DNA of 64,000 bases, from NCBI GenBank assembly GCA_002269645.1, contig NIVC01002493.1, positions 104,702 through 168,701 of the forward strand, read 5' to 3'. The position numbers and the translations under genes are program-made. Positions 11,830 to 25,168 of this stretch are shown here, piece by piece (position 1 is the first letter of the stretch; each line of letters begins with the position of its first letter). This DNA comes from Macrostomum lignano (lineage: Eukaryota). The notes beneath the pieces are model-generated. The model saw only the letters and a program-made list of their open reading frames with translations, had not been told where the DNA came from and did not search any database.

Positions 11830-13149
11830 GGCCCAAGGGATAAGAAAGGATGAATAACAAATGGGCAATAGGGCTCTAGCCTCTAGGGCATTACAGCCCA
11901 CAGATAGAAAACAACAAAAAATCCCACAGGATAGCACAGAAAAACAAAATCAAAAGAAAAAACTGGGCAGTGGGCCAGGGAAAGGAGGGAACCCAATCAT
12001 GCATAGGACAGAAAGGGACCAAACCTGGGAACAAGAATGACAACATTGTCAGGGATAGGGATGCACCTCAAGATGGATGGAACAGGCCATTCTCAATAGC
12101 AGTAAAAGTTCAGTTTAGTCACAAGTAGCAGCCCCTCTGTCACAATGTACTGTCTACTAGCCCTAAATAGAAGAATAGATAGCAATTGCCTCTTTTCTAT
12201 ATTTTTGGATTGCCCTTCAAATGAAATAAGATCCATCAAGATCATCTTTTTGAAACAAGGATTCATTAAAATCCTTTCCATGAAACAAGGATCCATTAAA
12301 ATAATATTTTTTTTCTAAGTGAAATCTATCAAAATACTCTTTGTGAAACTAATTTTCATTAAAATCCCCTTGCAATCTATCATATATCATCTCCTTCAAG
12401 CTGAAATTTATCAATTTAATCAATATTATCTTTATCCAATTGCAATCAATCAAAATTTGCATTTATTTTACTTTGATAATTTGTAAAAATATTTGCTTAT
12501 TTGTATAAGCTTGAGCTTTAACTTTGATGCCTAATATAAAATAGACATGAAATTGATAGATAAGCAAAAAAGACAATCAAGCCACTTGAATACAATAGAA
12601 ATTCAAATTGACTTTTGAAGACATTAAATTACTATAACAAATACAAAAGTTAATGAGTATTTTGACTAAAATAAACAAAAGAATCAAGGAATCAGATAAT
12701 TTATCTGACTTACTAGACTCAGAGAAATATTCAAACTAAAAAATAGACAATTGGCTTTAGTGACCTTTAGACAAAAGTTCAATACAAATTGGCTATAACA
12801 TTCTAATGTGTATAAAGTATTACAATATTTTTACTTCTATATTCTATAACAATTTCTAGTCAAAGCCAATGGCTTATATATTTTATTGATGTATGACAAA
12901 GTTGCTTCTATAAATTGCATATGTCTAGAACATATCTTAATGAGGAGTGTCCAAAAGTCTTTCACATGACTTGAACTCTTTAACAGTCAGTAAGAATAAT
13001 AGCAACTGATCTATTTCATAGCAGCTTTACTTACAAATGACAGTGAAAATTTGAAAATATCACAAACTTTTCAAAAGTTATGCCTCCTTAACTGCAGTGG
13101 GATACTGCATCTCAATACATAAATAGAAACTTGGATGCTGCATATAGAG

Positions 13150-13465
13150 CATACATGCGCAACAGTCGGCCGAGTCGGCCGATCCGGCCGAGTCGGCCGA
13201 TCCGGCCGACCGATTTGGCGGCCAATCAAGGAAGTCGCAAAAATGCCCACCCAAAAAATAACCTGAAGAGTAGTACTAAGTAGCTGACGAGGCATTTTAG
13301 CTTAATAAAACAGTCATAGTTACTCCTGCCGTTTACCCAAAGTTGCGTTAATTTTGCTTTCGGGTTTTTTTATATGTAAGTCACATTTTTGGCCAAAAAC
13401 TACGTCGCATTTTTGTTAAAACTAAGTCGCACGGCTGACCGAATTTTGGAGGTTGCACATGTATG
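13150..13465. mobile_element. hAT-type MITE copy 2 carrying a 28S rRNA-like segment
   Basis: Same TIR, perfect 8-bp TSD ATATAGAG (13142-49, 13466-73), and an expanded internal GTCGGCCGA repeat. Confidence 0.9.
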
Positions 13466-16400
13466 ATATAGAGCACCAGAAAACAGTAAAAAAGTTCAAA
13501 TGTCTTCTTCAGTGACAATGAGACTAGATATATATAGAGTAGATATAAACAGAAGCAAATGAAACTTATACCATAGATATAGAGAGTTATAAAATTATTT
13601 TTCTAAAAGCATATATAGCTTGTTTATTTTGTATCTATAATCTTGGACTCTGGTAATTAATAGAGGGCCTAGAGATTAGATATTATCTAATCTATTCTAA
13701 TAAATTTTAGACATCTATTATAGATAATGAGTTTAGTAATATTTTATCCACTATATAAATGTCTTTTTAACCAAACAATACAAGAGTGTACTTTTGTATT
13801 CTGTATTTTTTAAGCTTTTTAAAATTAATAAAAAAAGATATTGAACAGTTTTTTGTGAGTAATTTGTGCTGAATACTACTTATCATTAGTGTAGTATGTA
13901 AATTGTAACTTAAGTAATATGTTGAGATTTACTTTAAGTTACATTGCCTCCATTATCCTGCTATATGCTATTCTGCCATATTATGCTACTATGAGTAGTA
14001 CAGTATTATTAAGGAGCTGTGTAAATGGTCTGTATTTTTTATTTATTCAGGAAGTCTGAAGATGTGCTTTTTCATTGTATAAGAAAGAAAGTGATCACTT
14101 TGTTCAGCAATTTTTTCATCTAGGACTCAATTTTTTGCCAATGTGCAACTTACTTTTTCTGTGGTACTGTTGTTATCTATGCAATATGTAGCATTTGAAT
14201 TTGTTTCTAGGGACAAGTGGAGCAATAGTTTTATTAGCGCTGAGCTGATAGCTTTGTAGCCTTTGAAGTCAGAGAATACAAGAAAACATAGAATTGAGTC
14301 TGAGTAGAGTGAAAAAATGCCTGGCAGTTGGTTCTTAAGTTTGTATTAAAGCTTTAGCCAGATCGAACTTAGCATTTTCTAGGTGGCTGGGTCTCTATTT
14401 TCTCAAGCTTTAGTTATTATGATTGTGGAACTTGCTTTTAAGACAGAATAGTTTCTTTCGAAGCTTTTCATTGTTTATTGTTAGCTAAGCATTTTATATC
14501 TGTATCCATTGTGTCTGAATTCGAGGCCTCTCAGTTAGTTAGTAGCCAAAAGGTTGAGTTTGGGTGTCGCTTTGTGATCTATATTGTGCTGAGTGCGCTG
14601 TGCATTGTCTGTTAGAGAGTGGCTCTTGGAAAAATGGCTCACCCTAGCCGTCTCAAAGCTAGTAAGTTGCTACTAAGTTACCCACCCGTTCTATACTTGC
14701 GTCTTTTCATGCGGTCTTCCAAAGAATTAGTTGGCGGGGTCTGGGCTGCAAGCTCAATTGTTACTAGTGGTGCCTCGCTGTCGTTTATTCCAGCTAGAAT
14801 GAATATCTATAGAAGTTGTGCTAGTATTAGATACTGTAGAAAGGCAATAAATTTTTCTCTTAAATACGTTCGTTGTGAATTTATAGTCTCTGCATTGCAG
14901 TGAGTACATTTGCACTGTTGCTTGAATAAGTCTTGAAAATATAGTGCGTTGAATCAATCTAGTTCGGGAATGTTAGGTTTTGAATGCATTGCTTAGGAAA
15001 TTAGTTTAGGGGACATTAGAGATAAGGTGAAAAGAGAGAGTAGAGAAGAGATACAAACAGACATCAAGCGGGCCGCATTGCTATTGTGAAGTTTCAAAGG
15101 ACCCGAGGTCCCGAGGACTAAAAAAGAGAAGCATTGTGGACCGACCCCTGCCGGAATCAAAGCTTGAATTGAAATCAACTTTTCATTGAAACAAGAGTCG
15201 CGCAGACCATAATTTAGCGCCAACGCAGTGCCGCAGGATATTCCAGGAAAGATAGTCTTACATAGACCTACGATGACCTCTCCCGGATGGCTGCCAATTT
15301 GCAGTCAAGCAATAATCTCAAATGTCAGGAAAGTAGCTTTCCCCCTCTTCCTAAGTTAAGACTGAGAAGGACGATTATTGTGTATTAACTTTTCATGCCT
15401 CAGTTCAAATCTTACACTTGCTAAGCATTTGAGTTTGCGCAAACTCCGTTCGTACATAGGCTTTAGGAGTTCCATTTTTATTAAACACACGCCTCATACT
15501 GGAATTCCAAATGCATGCAGCCCAGCTATAATGGCTTTGAAGTCATTTGTGCAGTGCACAAAACCAACAGAAAATTTATTTATTGCACCTGCTTGCATTT
15601 CCTCGGTCTCTCTATCGGGGTCTTTTTATTTTCCTTTCTTTTTTTTTCTAGGCTCTTCTCTCTCTAAAGTAATCTTTTCTTTGACTATTCTGACTGCTTT
15701 GTAGTTACCAAGGCTCTTATTGTGCTAATATCTGCTGACAAAATGCGACCCGAATAATACTCAGATTAGACGCTCGGTGAATGGGTGGGTTCTATCGACC
15801 TTTGCGGCAGCAGAAATACTTGTAAACAAAGCTTTTCTTTCGAGTTCTATTACTCTACTCTGCTCTATTTTCTAACTGGCAGGTACGCCAGCCAGATCAG
15901 AGCCAGTGCTATTTCATTCATCTAGCGCTGGCAAATGTGCACGCACCGAATTTGCCGCGCACCCTGTTTGACGGCTATCTACTCTTGTGCCGAATGCAGT
16001 TCTATATAATAGGTTGAGAAATTCTGCACAATTATTTATCTTCACTCATTTTCATTCACCAGAGTGAGCACAGAAGCGTAAAATAAGACAAGAGAGAGAC
16101 TTTACTAAAGTAGAAGACCATTCACGTTTTCTGAATGCGAATAGAGACTTTAACTAAGAAGCTATTGGCTATTTCATTCAACTGCCAAAGTCTGCTTAGA
16201 GGCATGCAGAGGTTGCAGGGGTCAGACTGTAGCAGAACCAATTGACGACGTTTTTAGCTGAGTCACCAAGCCTCTGTAAAGAAGAGAAAAGCTGTGGCGC
16301 TCTCTTACCGCGGCCACCCCCCCCCCCGCCTAGACATTCCTACACGGCATTAATCAACTTATAAGGCGCCTACGCCTGGCGCTTTCTTGTGGTTGGATTC

Positions 16401-16597
16401 TTCTACTAAAAGAGACCTTGCTGGTTGACATTTACTTTGTACCGAGGAGAGTAAAAGTTTTTTTCTGCCTTGAGTTCAGCAAACAGAGGAGTCATTTACT
16501 TAGTTCAACCGACGGTTATCAGCCGCAGAGGTCGACTTCTCGCACCAGTCTAAGGCATTAGCTCGCTTAAGTTGGCCTAAAAAAGAACAACTTCGCT

Positions 16598-18533
16598 ATG
16601 CAAGTCCAGTACTATCACCCGATGGGACCCCACCTGCTTTATCACTACACGGCGATTCCGTCTAATGCGGTTAACGCCCCAGCGCCGCATCCGCCTCCGC
16701 CGCCACCTCCGCCACAATATTTTGCTTTTCCGTTAATGCTTCAACAGCAGCAGCAGCATCCTCATCAGAGGCAGCAGCAGCATCACCAGGCACCGGTACC
16801 TTCGCCTGCGGCCGAAGCAGCTGCAGCTGCATTCTTTGCTCAACAACAGCAGCTTGCTGGTTAGTCAGTTCACTAGTCACTAGTATTCAAGTTAAATGTA
16901 GGTCATGGCTTGGTGTCTACGGATCCACAGAAAGATAAGGAGTGGAACTTGAGCACTAGAATTTTATTCAGTCGCTTGATTTACAAAAGGCGATCGACGT
17001 AAAAATGTTTGTAAAACACCATTTTTTTAACTACTCAACTTTTTTGTTGCTCCACTTTGTTGCAACTTTTTTATATGCTTCATGCGGGCATCAGGCATAC
17101 AGATGATTTCAATATGTTCCTAAGAGTCTTAGGCGGACAAAAAGTTTTATAGAGCCATGCCTTGAGCCATATTTAGTTCCAATATATAACTGCGCATCGT
17201 ACGCTTGTCGATGAATGAGTGAGAGGTGTGTTTGCTTACAACTTTCCCGCCTATGCTTGCAAATCAAGCCAAAAAAGTAAAGAAAACAGAACTGAGAGGC
17301 TGTGAAGAAAAAGCCCCCTCCCCCTCTCTTAACAACTTCCTTGCTTTTCATTCACAGGCAAACTGCAATTACAGTGCGCCTCCTATTTAAGCTCACACAC
17401 GCACACGCTCTCGTGGCTTAATTTTCGCAGCAGTCACATGCTTTTGGTTCCGTATACAGTTGTTTCTTAAGAGGCATTAGTAGGTAAACCGAGAACTCGG
17501 ATTGAAAGTCGATACAGAGAGCCAGAGAAAATTAGCTGTTTATGTATGCGCAGACGTAGTCCCTCACTAAATAGATGCATTATAAAGCATTGCCTGATGG
17601 ATGAATAGTTCCACTAAATAAGTCTTCATAAAAATGTTATGGGCTCAGCGTATTGTCCTATATTGCTGTTGATTTTCAACGATACCTGATTAACATAATT
17701 TTATGCGCAGATTATATCCAGCCACATTTATTCATGCAAAGCCAAAACGCTTTTTTTCCAGGCCTGGCACTTCACTTTCAAAGTCTTAGCGTTGGTGGTA
17801 ACCATGGCAACCATAATGCTCTGCAAGTTCGCAACGGCAGTAGCAGCAGCAGCAACAGCAGTAGCAGCAGTAGCAGCAATGCCAGCTGCTCCAGCATTGG
17901 ACCGTTCGATGTTGAGCGAGCTCGAAGCACTTCGTTCGGGTTGGTGCTTTAGTTAATGAATCAAGACTCTCACGACAATGTAACCCTGGGTTAACCTATT
18001 GGCTATTTAGAAACTTAATTCTCGCTGTACATATCCATATGCATGCTCAGGGGTCCTTAAGATAGGCTTGCTAGCAATGTCATACCACCAGTGAATTGTG
18101 ATCCAAGCATTGCTGGCTTTACTAACCTTACAGGCAGCCGGACTATCAATGGAAGCTGCTTGTTTGGCTAAAAACTCATCGTATGCACAAGTACTTTGAT
18201 CGGCTCAGAAAGTACAGCTTTGAGCAGTTGCTCAACTTAGACCGGGACACGCTAGAGGCGGAGCAGTTCACCCAAGGCGCCATCAAGAAGCTGCTCGGCA
18301 TGCTCGAACGAGTTCGAACTGATCGAGCCGCGTTCGAATCGCCAACCAGAATTGCCGGGACTGGAGCTTCTGCATCGGGAGTTGTGAAAATTAAACAGCC
18401 GCAGGCGGTGTTCCCACCAACTCTGTCTCAGCCTCCGCCGCCGCCGCCACTGCCGCTTCATCCGCATCGACACCTGCAGCAGCAGAATCTAATCAATTAT
18501 CGGCAGCAGAGATTCCTGTGCAGGCAGCCTTGA
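16598..18533 (+). CDS. Small P/Q-rich protein with a Smaug/Vts1-type SAM domain (3 exons, 279 aa)
   Basis: join(16598..16859,17762..17939,18134..18533) is 840 nt with matching phases. The SAM motif VWLKTHRMHKY..FEQLLNL...FTQGAIKKL resembles Smaug WLKSLRLHKY...TKGA. Confidence 0.75.
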
Positions 18534-19784
18534 TGTAATGAATATTTAAAAAGAATAACAACATTGATTTGTACTACCGATGAAATCATTAATCTCTTGA
18601 GCGTGTCTCTATTATAAGTAGGACCGACTGTGTTGAGTAATTGATCTTGTTTGTTAATGTTTTGCTTATCTCGTGTAAATGATTTAATTTACTATCAGGG
18701 AAAGTAATTTTGATAGTTTGTCTTGTGTTCTGTTAGATAAATTTATATTGTTAATGTCTAATGCTAGACAACAACTAGATGCTGCAGCTATATTGAGTAA
18801 ATTTTCTTTTAGTTCTATATTGCACTTCATTGCCTACGTTTCCGTCCATTATTCTCTTCTATGTGCTGCAAAAAATATTCTTTAAGTATTGTTATTTTAA
18901 AACTCATGTCTTACTTATTTAAAATTGGATAGAAAATGTGTTGTTTTCTACTACTCGTACAAAAGTTCCAGACTACTGTTAGTACAAAATTAAAACATTT
19001 TTGTCATTTTTTGTTTTCACTTCAACAAATTTAACAACATTTTTCGTTTAAGATTTCATGCAAGGCACTGCTTTATTGTGATATAAATAACCCACCCATG
19101 GTTTCCTTTTGCTTCTATAGAAGCTTGTGAGGTACTAAGACTGAAGAAAATATACGATGAAATTTCACTTTGCGTCATTTTTGAGTTCTAAGAGCACTGT
19201 TTTTTGTTACTGCTTTCTTTTTGCTTTGCTTATTATTTAGTTTTTAATGTCAATGTATCTTGCAATTTTTTAGGTAGTTTAGGATATCTGCACACGAAAC
19301 CTAATGTAACGTGAACCACACAGCGGTTTTCGACGTTGTGAAGTTTCGAGTTTGTGAAACCCCCTCCCAAAAGACAGTCAGCTGCATTGAATGGAAAACA
19401 GAAGGTGAGGGGGTACGTAGGCTGGCGATTACAAATGGGCTTTTGGTATTTGTTTACCTTAAGTCGAGTCCTTTCCTAACCTCAAACCCCAAAACCATCA
19501 ATAAAAAACATACATAGCAGTATTTTGCATTACAGTTTTAGTGAATAGGAATACTCTAAAATTGCTATGAGCTCGTATTTGTCATCTTCACTTGTATGCT
19601 GCGCTAGTTTTTATGAATCATCACTATTTTTCCATGCTACCTTGTAGCAACTACGGTTTAAGCATTGGTAGTCTTTTTATTAAGATAAAACCACTTTCAA
19701 TCCGTAGCCATGGCTTATCGAATGTAAGGCATCGCTCAAAAGAAAAGCAATAAGGAAACTATTTGTTAATCTGCAACATAATGC

Positions 19785-20969
19785 ATGCTGCCAGTTATGG
19801 ACCAGCAGCCTCAGCCCATTGAAGAAGTTGCTTGTCCGATGTGCTCTCGGCTGTTCTCAGCCGTCAGATTCGCTGAGTATTTGCGTCACTGCAACAGTCA
19901 CAGCATCGGGCAAGAGTCTGAGACTGAAAGTGTGCATGAGCAGGTGGTGGATCCTGGTGAGCAGAGAGATGAGCGGCCAGTTAATGAGCAAGTCGCTGAG
20001 CCAGAAGCAGATCGGGGTTCTCAGCAAGTTGGGCATTCGCTGAAGTGCCGGCACTGTGAAAGAGAGTTTGCCAACAGGCTGGAGTTGAGACGGCACGTCA
20101 GAAGTCATCAGAATCGCGTCATCGACATATCGTTGAGGTGCGATACTTGCGGCAAAGGTTTTTTTAGCCGAAGTGAGTTTTTGATTCATCGCCAAGTCAA
20201 GAAGCCGTTCAAGTGCTGCGCTTGCGACAAGTGCTTATGTAGCCGATTTAGTCTCCTCAATCATCACCGAGTGCACACAGGTGAAAAACCTTTCAAATGC
20301 GACGATTGCGAAAAATGTTTTGCTGAGCGGGGTACTTTAGTGGCTCATCGCCGTGTGCACACTGGTGAAAAGCCTTATAAATGCGACGAGTGTGGAAAAT
20401 GCTTTTCTGGGCTGGGTGTTTTATTGGCCCATCGCCGTGTGCACACAGGTGAAAAGCCTTATAAATGCGACGATTGCGGCAAATGCTTTGCTCGGCAGAG
20501 TAACTTATGGACTCATCGCCATGTTCACACAGGTGAAAAGCCTTATAAATGTGACGACTGCGGCAAATGCTTTTCACGCCAGAGTACCTTATTGCGTCAT
20601 CGTCGTGTCCATACAGGTGAAAAACCTTTTAAATGCGACGTCTGCGGCAAAGGCGTCGCTCATCAGAGTTACTTATTGGATCATCGTCGTGTTCACACGG
20701 GCGAAAAGCCATTTAAATGCGAGGTTTGCGGCAAATGCTTTGGTCAGCGGAATAACTTACGAACTCATCGCCGTGTCCACACAGCTGAAAAGCCTTATAA
20801 ATGCGACGAATGTGGCAGGTGTTTTTCTTTTCGAAGTAACCTTGTGGCTCATCGCCGAGTGCACACTGGTGGCAAGCAGTTCAAGTGTGACGATTGTGGC
20901 AAAAGTTTTCCTTGCCAAAACCGACTTTTGAAGCATCGCCGTGTGCACACCAGTAGCAAGCCAAGTTAG
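19785..20969 (+). CDS. Tandem C2H2 zinc-finger protein, copy 1 (394 aa, single exon)
   Basis: Repeated CxxC...HxxxH fingers with TGEKP(F/Y) linkers. Confidence 0.9.
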   Translation: MLPVMDQQPQPIEEVACPMCSRLFSAVRFAEYLRHCNSHSIGQESETESVHEQVVDPGEQRDERPVNEQVAEPEADRGSQQVGHSLKCRHCEREFANRLELRRHVRSHQNRVIDISLRCDTCGKGFFSRSEFLIHRQVKKPFKCCACDKCLCSRFSLLNHHRVHTGEKPFKCDDCEKCFAERGTLVAHRRVHTGEKPYKCDECGKCFSGLGVLLAHRRVHTGEKPYKCDDCGKCFARQSNLWTHRHVHTGEKPYKCDDCGKCFSRQSTLLRHRRVHTGEKPFKCDVCGKGVAHQSYLLDHRRVHTGEKPFKCEVCGKCFGQRNNLRTHRRVHTAEKPYKCDECGRCFSFRSNLVAHRRVHTGGKQFKCDDCGKSFPCQNRLLKHRRVHTSSKPS

Positions 20970-21424
20970 ATCGTCAGTAGTGGCAAACAGTAATAAATAA
21001 TAAAGGGTTTGTACAATCATGAAGACACGCGCAGTGGCTTAACATTTCCGCATTGATTGTCTCTCGTTTAAAGGATATTACTGACGTGTAAATACGCCTA
21101 ATTGAAGGTTAAAATGCTACTAAAATTTAAAGCGTTTTTTGCGTTGGATGTATATTGTACTCGATTTAATGTTAGTGATGGAGGCTTGTTGAATATCCGT
21201 TTTTCCCTTTGTTGACTATAGAATCCAGTCAAGTCATGTTACGTATTTTCTATTTGGTAGTTAATGGATATTGTTAGTTTGTTTAACTTTATAAATTAAT
21301 TAACGGCTTTTAAACGTTTTGCAATGACACTGGACTGGCCACATATATAAAACTCGAGTGGCCATAATAATTTTACCTTAACTCCGCTCCAAATCATTTT
21401 TTGTGTTTTTTAATACAATACGTT

Positions 21425-22613
21425 TAAATACATAAGCAGAAGAGAGGGGCAATAACTTTCTGCCTTGACTTAGCTTCAGGGGCTCTGTGCGTCTGGAAAC
21501 AGCGACGAGGCGTCACCGCCCATTTTGCTAACCCCTTGCGACCACGGGCAGCTAGTGGTGCAGTGTCGTGCAGGGAGCTCCGGTGGTGCCGGTGCTCGTA
21601 GCGCAATCCCCCTCCGGAGAGTCCATGAGGTTGATGGTCGCTCGCCCGGTAGCTTTTAGGTATCGGACAAGTTGACAGAGGTTCTGGGGCCTAAAAACTT
21701 TGGGGAAGTCCGCGTTTGGGCCGAGATAAGTGAGCCTGTCTCTGCGGTTGAGTCCAAGCAGGGCCCTGCGCAGGGCTGAGGAAGGCAGGACACATCCGCG
21801 TGGGATTGCTGGCAGTCGGGAGCGTTAGCCTACCTCTCCCTGTGCTTGAAGCCACCCACTGGTTGATTTGAGTGAGGGCCACGGGCAGAGGACCAGTAAA
21901 AGAACCGGTCCAGCCAGCCTTGACCAGGCAATCGGCCAGCTCGTTGCCGGGATGACCCGAGTGCCCTGAGATCCACCTTAGGGACACCTTATTGGAGGCG
22001 CCTGAGCGGTTGAGTTGCCCGATGCAGTCGAGAATTGTACGTGTACGCAAGCAGGTGTTGGTGCGCTCAAGGGAGTGGATCGTGGAGGGTAATCTCCTTC
22101 CATCAGTTGCGCTGACTGTACAGCTCCATGGCGCAGGGGCTGATGGCGAGAAATTCGTTCTGGAAAACGGTGGAGCATTTCACCGGTCCCTGCACACGGT
22201 TCTTCCTCCAAACACGATGCAGTAGCCGTAGCCTGAGGCGGAGTTGATTTAGGACCCGTCAGAAAAGCAGTGGGTTTTACGGGGTTGCCAGTTGTCCCTT
22301 GCTTCATGGCGTGGTGGAATGCTAGTTTTGAATTTGAGCAAAGGACAGGGCATGGACGGGATCCTGTCCGAGGATCAACAGGCCTCCCGCTGCTTCCGGG
22401 TCTCTCAGGCTGAGGTCGCCGTGCGACCGGAGGTTCCGCTTTCTGATGGCGAACTGCTTCTGGGATGGGGACACCCGCGTCAAGCAGACGCCGGGTGGTC
22501 TTCATTGCCTCCCCTCTGACAGAGGTCAAGGGAGGAATGTCCGAGGAGTTCATGCCAGCCAAGTGCGTAGAGGGAGCCGCGCTCATGATAGCTCGACAAG
22601 CGCGGCCTTGCAC
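21425..22613 (-). mobile_element. Decayed 3' part of an RNase H-encoding non-LTR retrotransposon (R1/LOA/I-like)
   Basis: LRWISGHSGHPGNELAD RNase H motif with frameshifts. It interrupts the flank shared by the ZNF repeat units. Confidence 0.75.
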
Positions 22614-22619
22614 ATGCTA

Positions 22620-22925
22620 CTGAATCATGGAGTCAAATTCCTTTAGTCTAAGTTGCACGGTAAAAAATTTCAATAGTTTGATTCTGTCGTCTGCATATTC
22701 AGAAGTTCATTCAGCACCATCAGCCAATTTGTCCATGGCACTTCCTGAACAAATCTAGCAATGACTCGGCCCTCTTCTTAGTGTTGTGTGGGATTGTCTT
22801 TTCTACTAGTCGGTCCAGCTCCTCCTTAATACACACATGGCGCTGTAGTACCCCATCGCCAGAATGGACCATTGATGTTATCAGCGTAAGCAGATCCAAA
22901 TGGACTTCAAAATCTGCAGTATAAT
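22620..22925 (-). pseudogene. Crypton/DUF3504-like N-terminal fragment, copy 1
   Basis: Translates to KEELDRLVEKTIPHNTKKRAESLLDLFRK...NELLNMQTTESNY with frameshifts. Confidence 0.5.
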
Positions 22926-23827
22926 CAGCAGCCAGACCCTCGGGAAAATTAGTAATAGATTTTTAGATTATAGATTATAGATAATAGATTTTATTTTTAG
23001 TAATTGGGATATGTCCAAAAAGAAAGAGAAAGTTAAGTGTAGCGTAGTGTATTTTAATATACAGCCACAAAAATAATCATTTTAAACTTCAAATCAATAT
23101 ACTAAAACTGACGCGTTGTTTGTGTGTATTAGGCTATAAATTCTGGGCACTCGAGATAAAAGTGATGGAGATTTTGGTAGACCTCTAGGCACTTATTCTT
23201 AAACAAACTTGACGCAATTCATGACGTTATTAAATTTTGTCAAGGGTGTAGTCGGTTGGTCTTGATTTTCGAATATTCATCGTTCAAGGTATTTGTAAAA
23301 TGTAGATAAAAAACTGTCTGCATTAAATAAACTTGTTTTCACGTAAAAAATTTCGTGCTTGTAAATGCCAGTAACAATTTAAAAAAATACATAAGATCCT
23401 AATAAAATATATGCAATGTAAACACAGTTGATTTTTTCTTTGCCTTTCATTACAAAATACTTTAGGTATGGATGCATGGTGTAACTACGGTTGGGTACAA
23501 ATATGAGGCACTTATTTCTGTCGGAATCAGCATTTTCTTAAAGATTTTGTTTCCTTCATTAGATTTCAACAAGTAAAATGATAGAAAATAAGATATATTT
23601 ATTAGTTAATTTCAATAATCCCAGTTTTTTCTAAGTAAACAATTCTACCTAAGATATTTTCCTTCTGCAGTTTAATTTCATAAAGTAAATTTAATTTAAA
23701 CAAACTACTTAAACATAGAATTGACTTTCGATCAGCAGCCTTTGCCCATCGAATGTAAGCCTCAGCTCAAAATAAAAGCAGTAAGGAAACCGTTTGTTAA
23801 TCTGCAACATCATTTCAGCTGCCAGTC

Positions 23828-25168
23828 ATGGACCAGCAGCCTCAGCCCATTGAAGAAGTTGCTTGTCCGATGTGCTCTCGGCTGTTCTCAGCCGTCAGAT
23901 TCGCTGAGTATTTGCGTCACTGCAACAGTCACAGCATCGGGCAAGAGTCTGAGACTGAAAGTGTGCATGAGCAGGTGGTGGATCCTGGTGAGCAGAGAGA
24001 TGAGCGGCCAGTTAATGAGCAACTCGCTGAGCCAGAAGCAGATCGGGGTTCTCAGCAAGTTGGGCATTCGCTGAAGTGCCGGCACTGTGAAAGAGAGTTT
24101 GCCAACAGGCTGGAGTTGAGACGGCACGTCAGACGTCATCAGCATCGCGTCATCGACATATCATTGAGGTGCAATACTTGCGGCAAATGTTTTTCTAGCC
24201 GAAGTGAGTTTTTGATTCATCGCCAAGTCAAGAAGCCGTTCAAATGCTGCGCTTGCGGCAAGTGCTTATGTAGCCGATATAGTCTCCTCAATCATCACCG
24301 AGTGCACACAGGTGAAAAACCTTTCAAATGCGACGATTGCGAAAAATGTTTTGCTGAGCGGGGTGCTTTAATGGCCCATCGCCGTGTGCACACAGGTGAA
24401 AAGCCTTATAAATGCAACGATTGCGGCAAATGCTTTGCTTGGCAGAGTAGCTTATGGACTCATCGCCCTGTCCACACAGGTGAAAAGCCTTATAAATGCG
24501 ACGATTGCGGCAAATGTTTTTCTCAGCAGATTTCCTTAAGGACTCATCGTCGTGTCCACACAGGTGAAAAGCCTTTTAAATGCGACGAATGTGACAAATG
24601 CTTCGCTCAGCTGAATGTCCTTTTGGCTCATCGCCGTGGCCACACAGGAGAAAAACCTTATAAATGCGACGTCTGCGGAAAATGCTTTACTGAAAAAAGT
24701 GTATTATTGGCTCATCGCCCTGTCCACACAGGTGAAAAGCCTTATAAATGCGCCGATTGCGGTAAATGTTTTTCTCATCAGAGTTCCTTAAGGACTCATC
24801 GCCGTGTCCACAGAGGTGAAAAGCCTTTTAAATGCGACGACTGCGGCAAATGCTTTGCACAAAAGAGTCTATTAAAGGCTCATTTTCGTGTCCACATAGG
24901 TGAAAAGCCATTTAAATGCGACGACTGCGGCAAATGTTATGCTCACAAAAGTACCTTTTTGCGTCATCGTCGTGTCCACACAGGTGAAAAGCCTTTTAAA
25001 TGCGATGACTGTGGCAGCTGTTTTTCTTGCCCAAGTAACCTTGTGGCTCATCGCCGAGTGCACACTGGCGGCAAGCGGTTTAAGTGTGACGATTGTGGCA
25101 AAAGTTATTCTCGCCGAAACCGACTTTTGAAGCATCGCCGAGTGCACACCAGTAGCGAGCCAAGTTAG
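23828..25168 (+). CDS. Tandem C2H2 zinc-finger protein, copy 2 (446 aa)
   Basis: The N-terminal about 140 aa are near-identical to copy 1, followed by more fingers with TGEKP linkers. Confidence 0.9.
   Translation: MDQQPQPIEEVACPMCSRLFSAVRFAEYLRHCNSHSIGQESETESVHEQVVDPGEQRDERPVNEQLAEPEADRGSQQVGHSLKCRHCEREFANRLELRRHVRRHQHRVIDISLRCNTCGKCFSSRSEFLIHRQVKKPFKCCACGKCLCSRYSLLNHHRVHTGEKPFKCDDCEKCFAERGALMAHRRVHTGEKPYKCNDCGKCFAWQSSLWTHRPVHTGEKPYKCDDCGKCFSQQISLRTHRRVHTGEKPFKCDECDKCFAQLNVLLAHRRGHTGEKPYKCDVCGKCFTEKSVLLAHRPVHTGEKPYKCADCGKCFSHQSSLRTHRRVHRGEKPFKCDDCGKCFAQKSLLKAHFRVHIGEKPFKCDDCGKCYAHKSTFLRHRRVHTGEKPFKCDDCGSCFSCPSNLVAHRRVHTGGKRFKCDDCGKSYSRRNRLLKHRRVHTSSEPS

Noticed and set aside
14500-15700. 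Stop-riddled minus frame with LVLGTS and IFILAGIND (SGNH-like) and scattered Cys, suggesting a CR1 ORF1 esterase/PHD
   Set aside because: Too decayed, and the LVLGTS part lies inside a hAT-like MITE fragment shared with 45810-45900.
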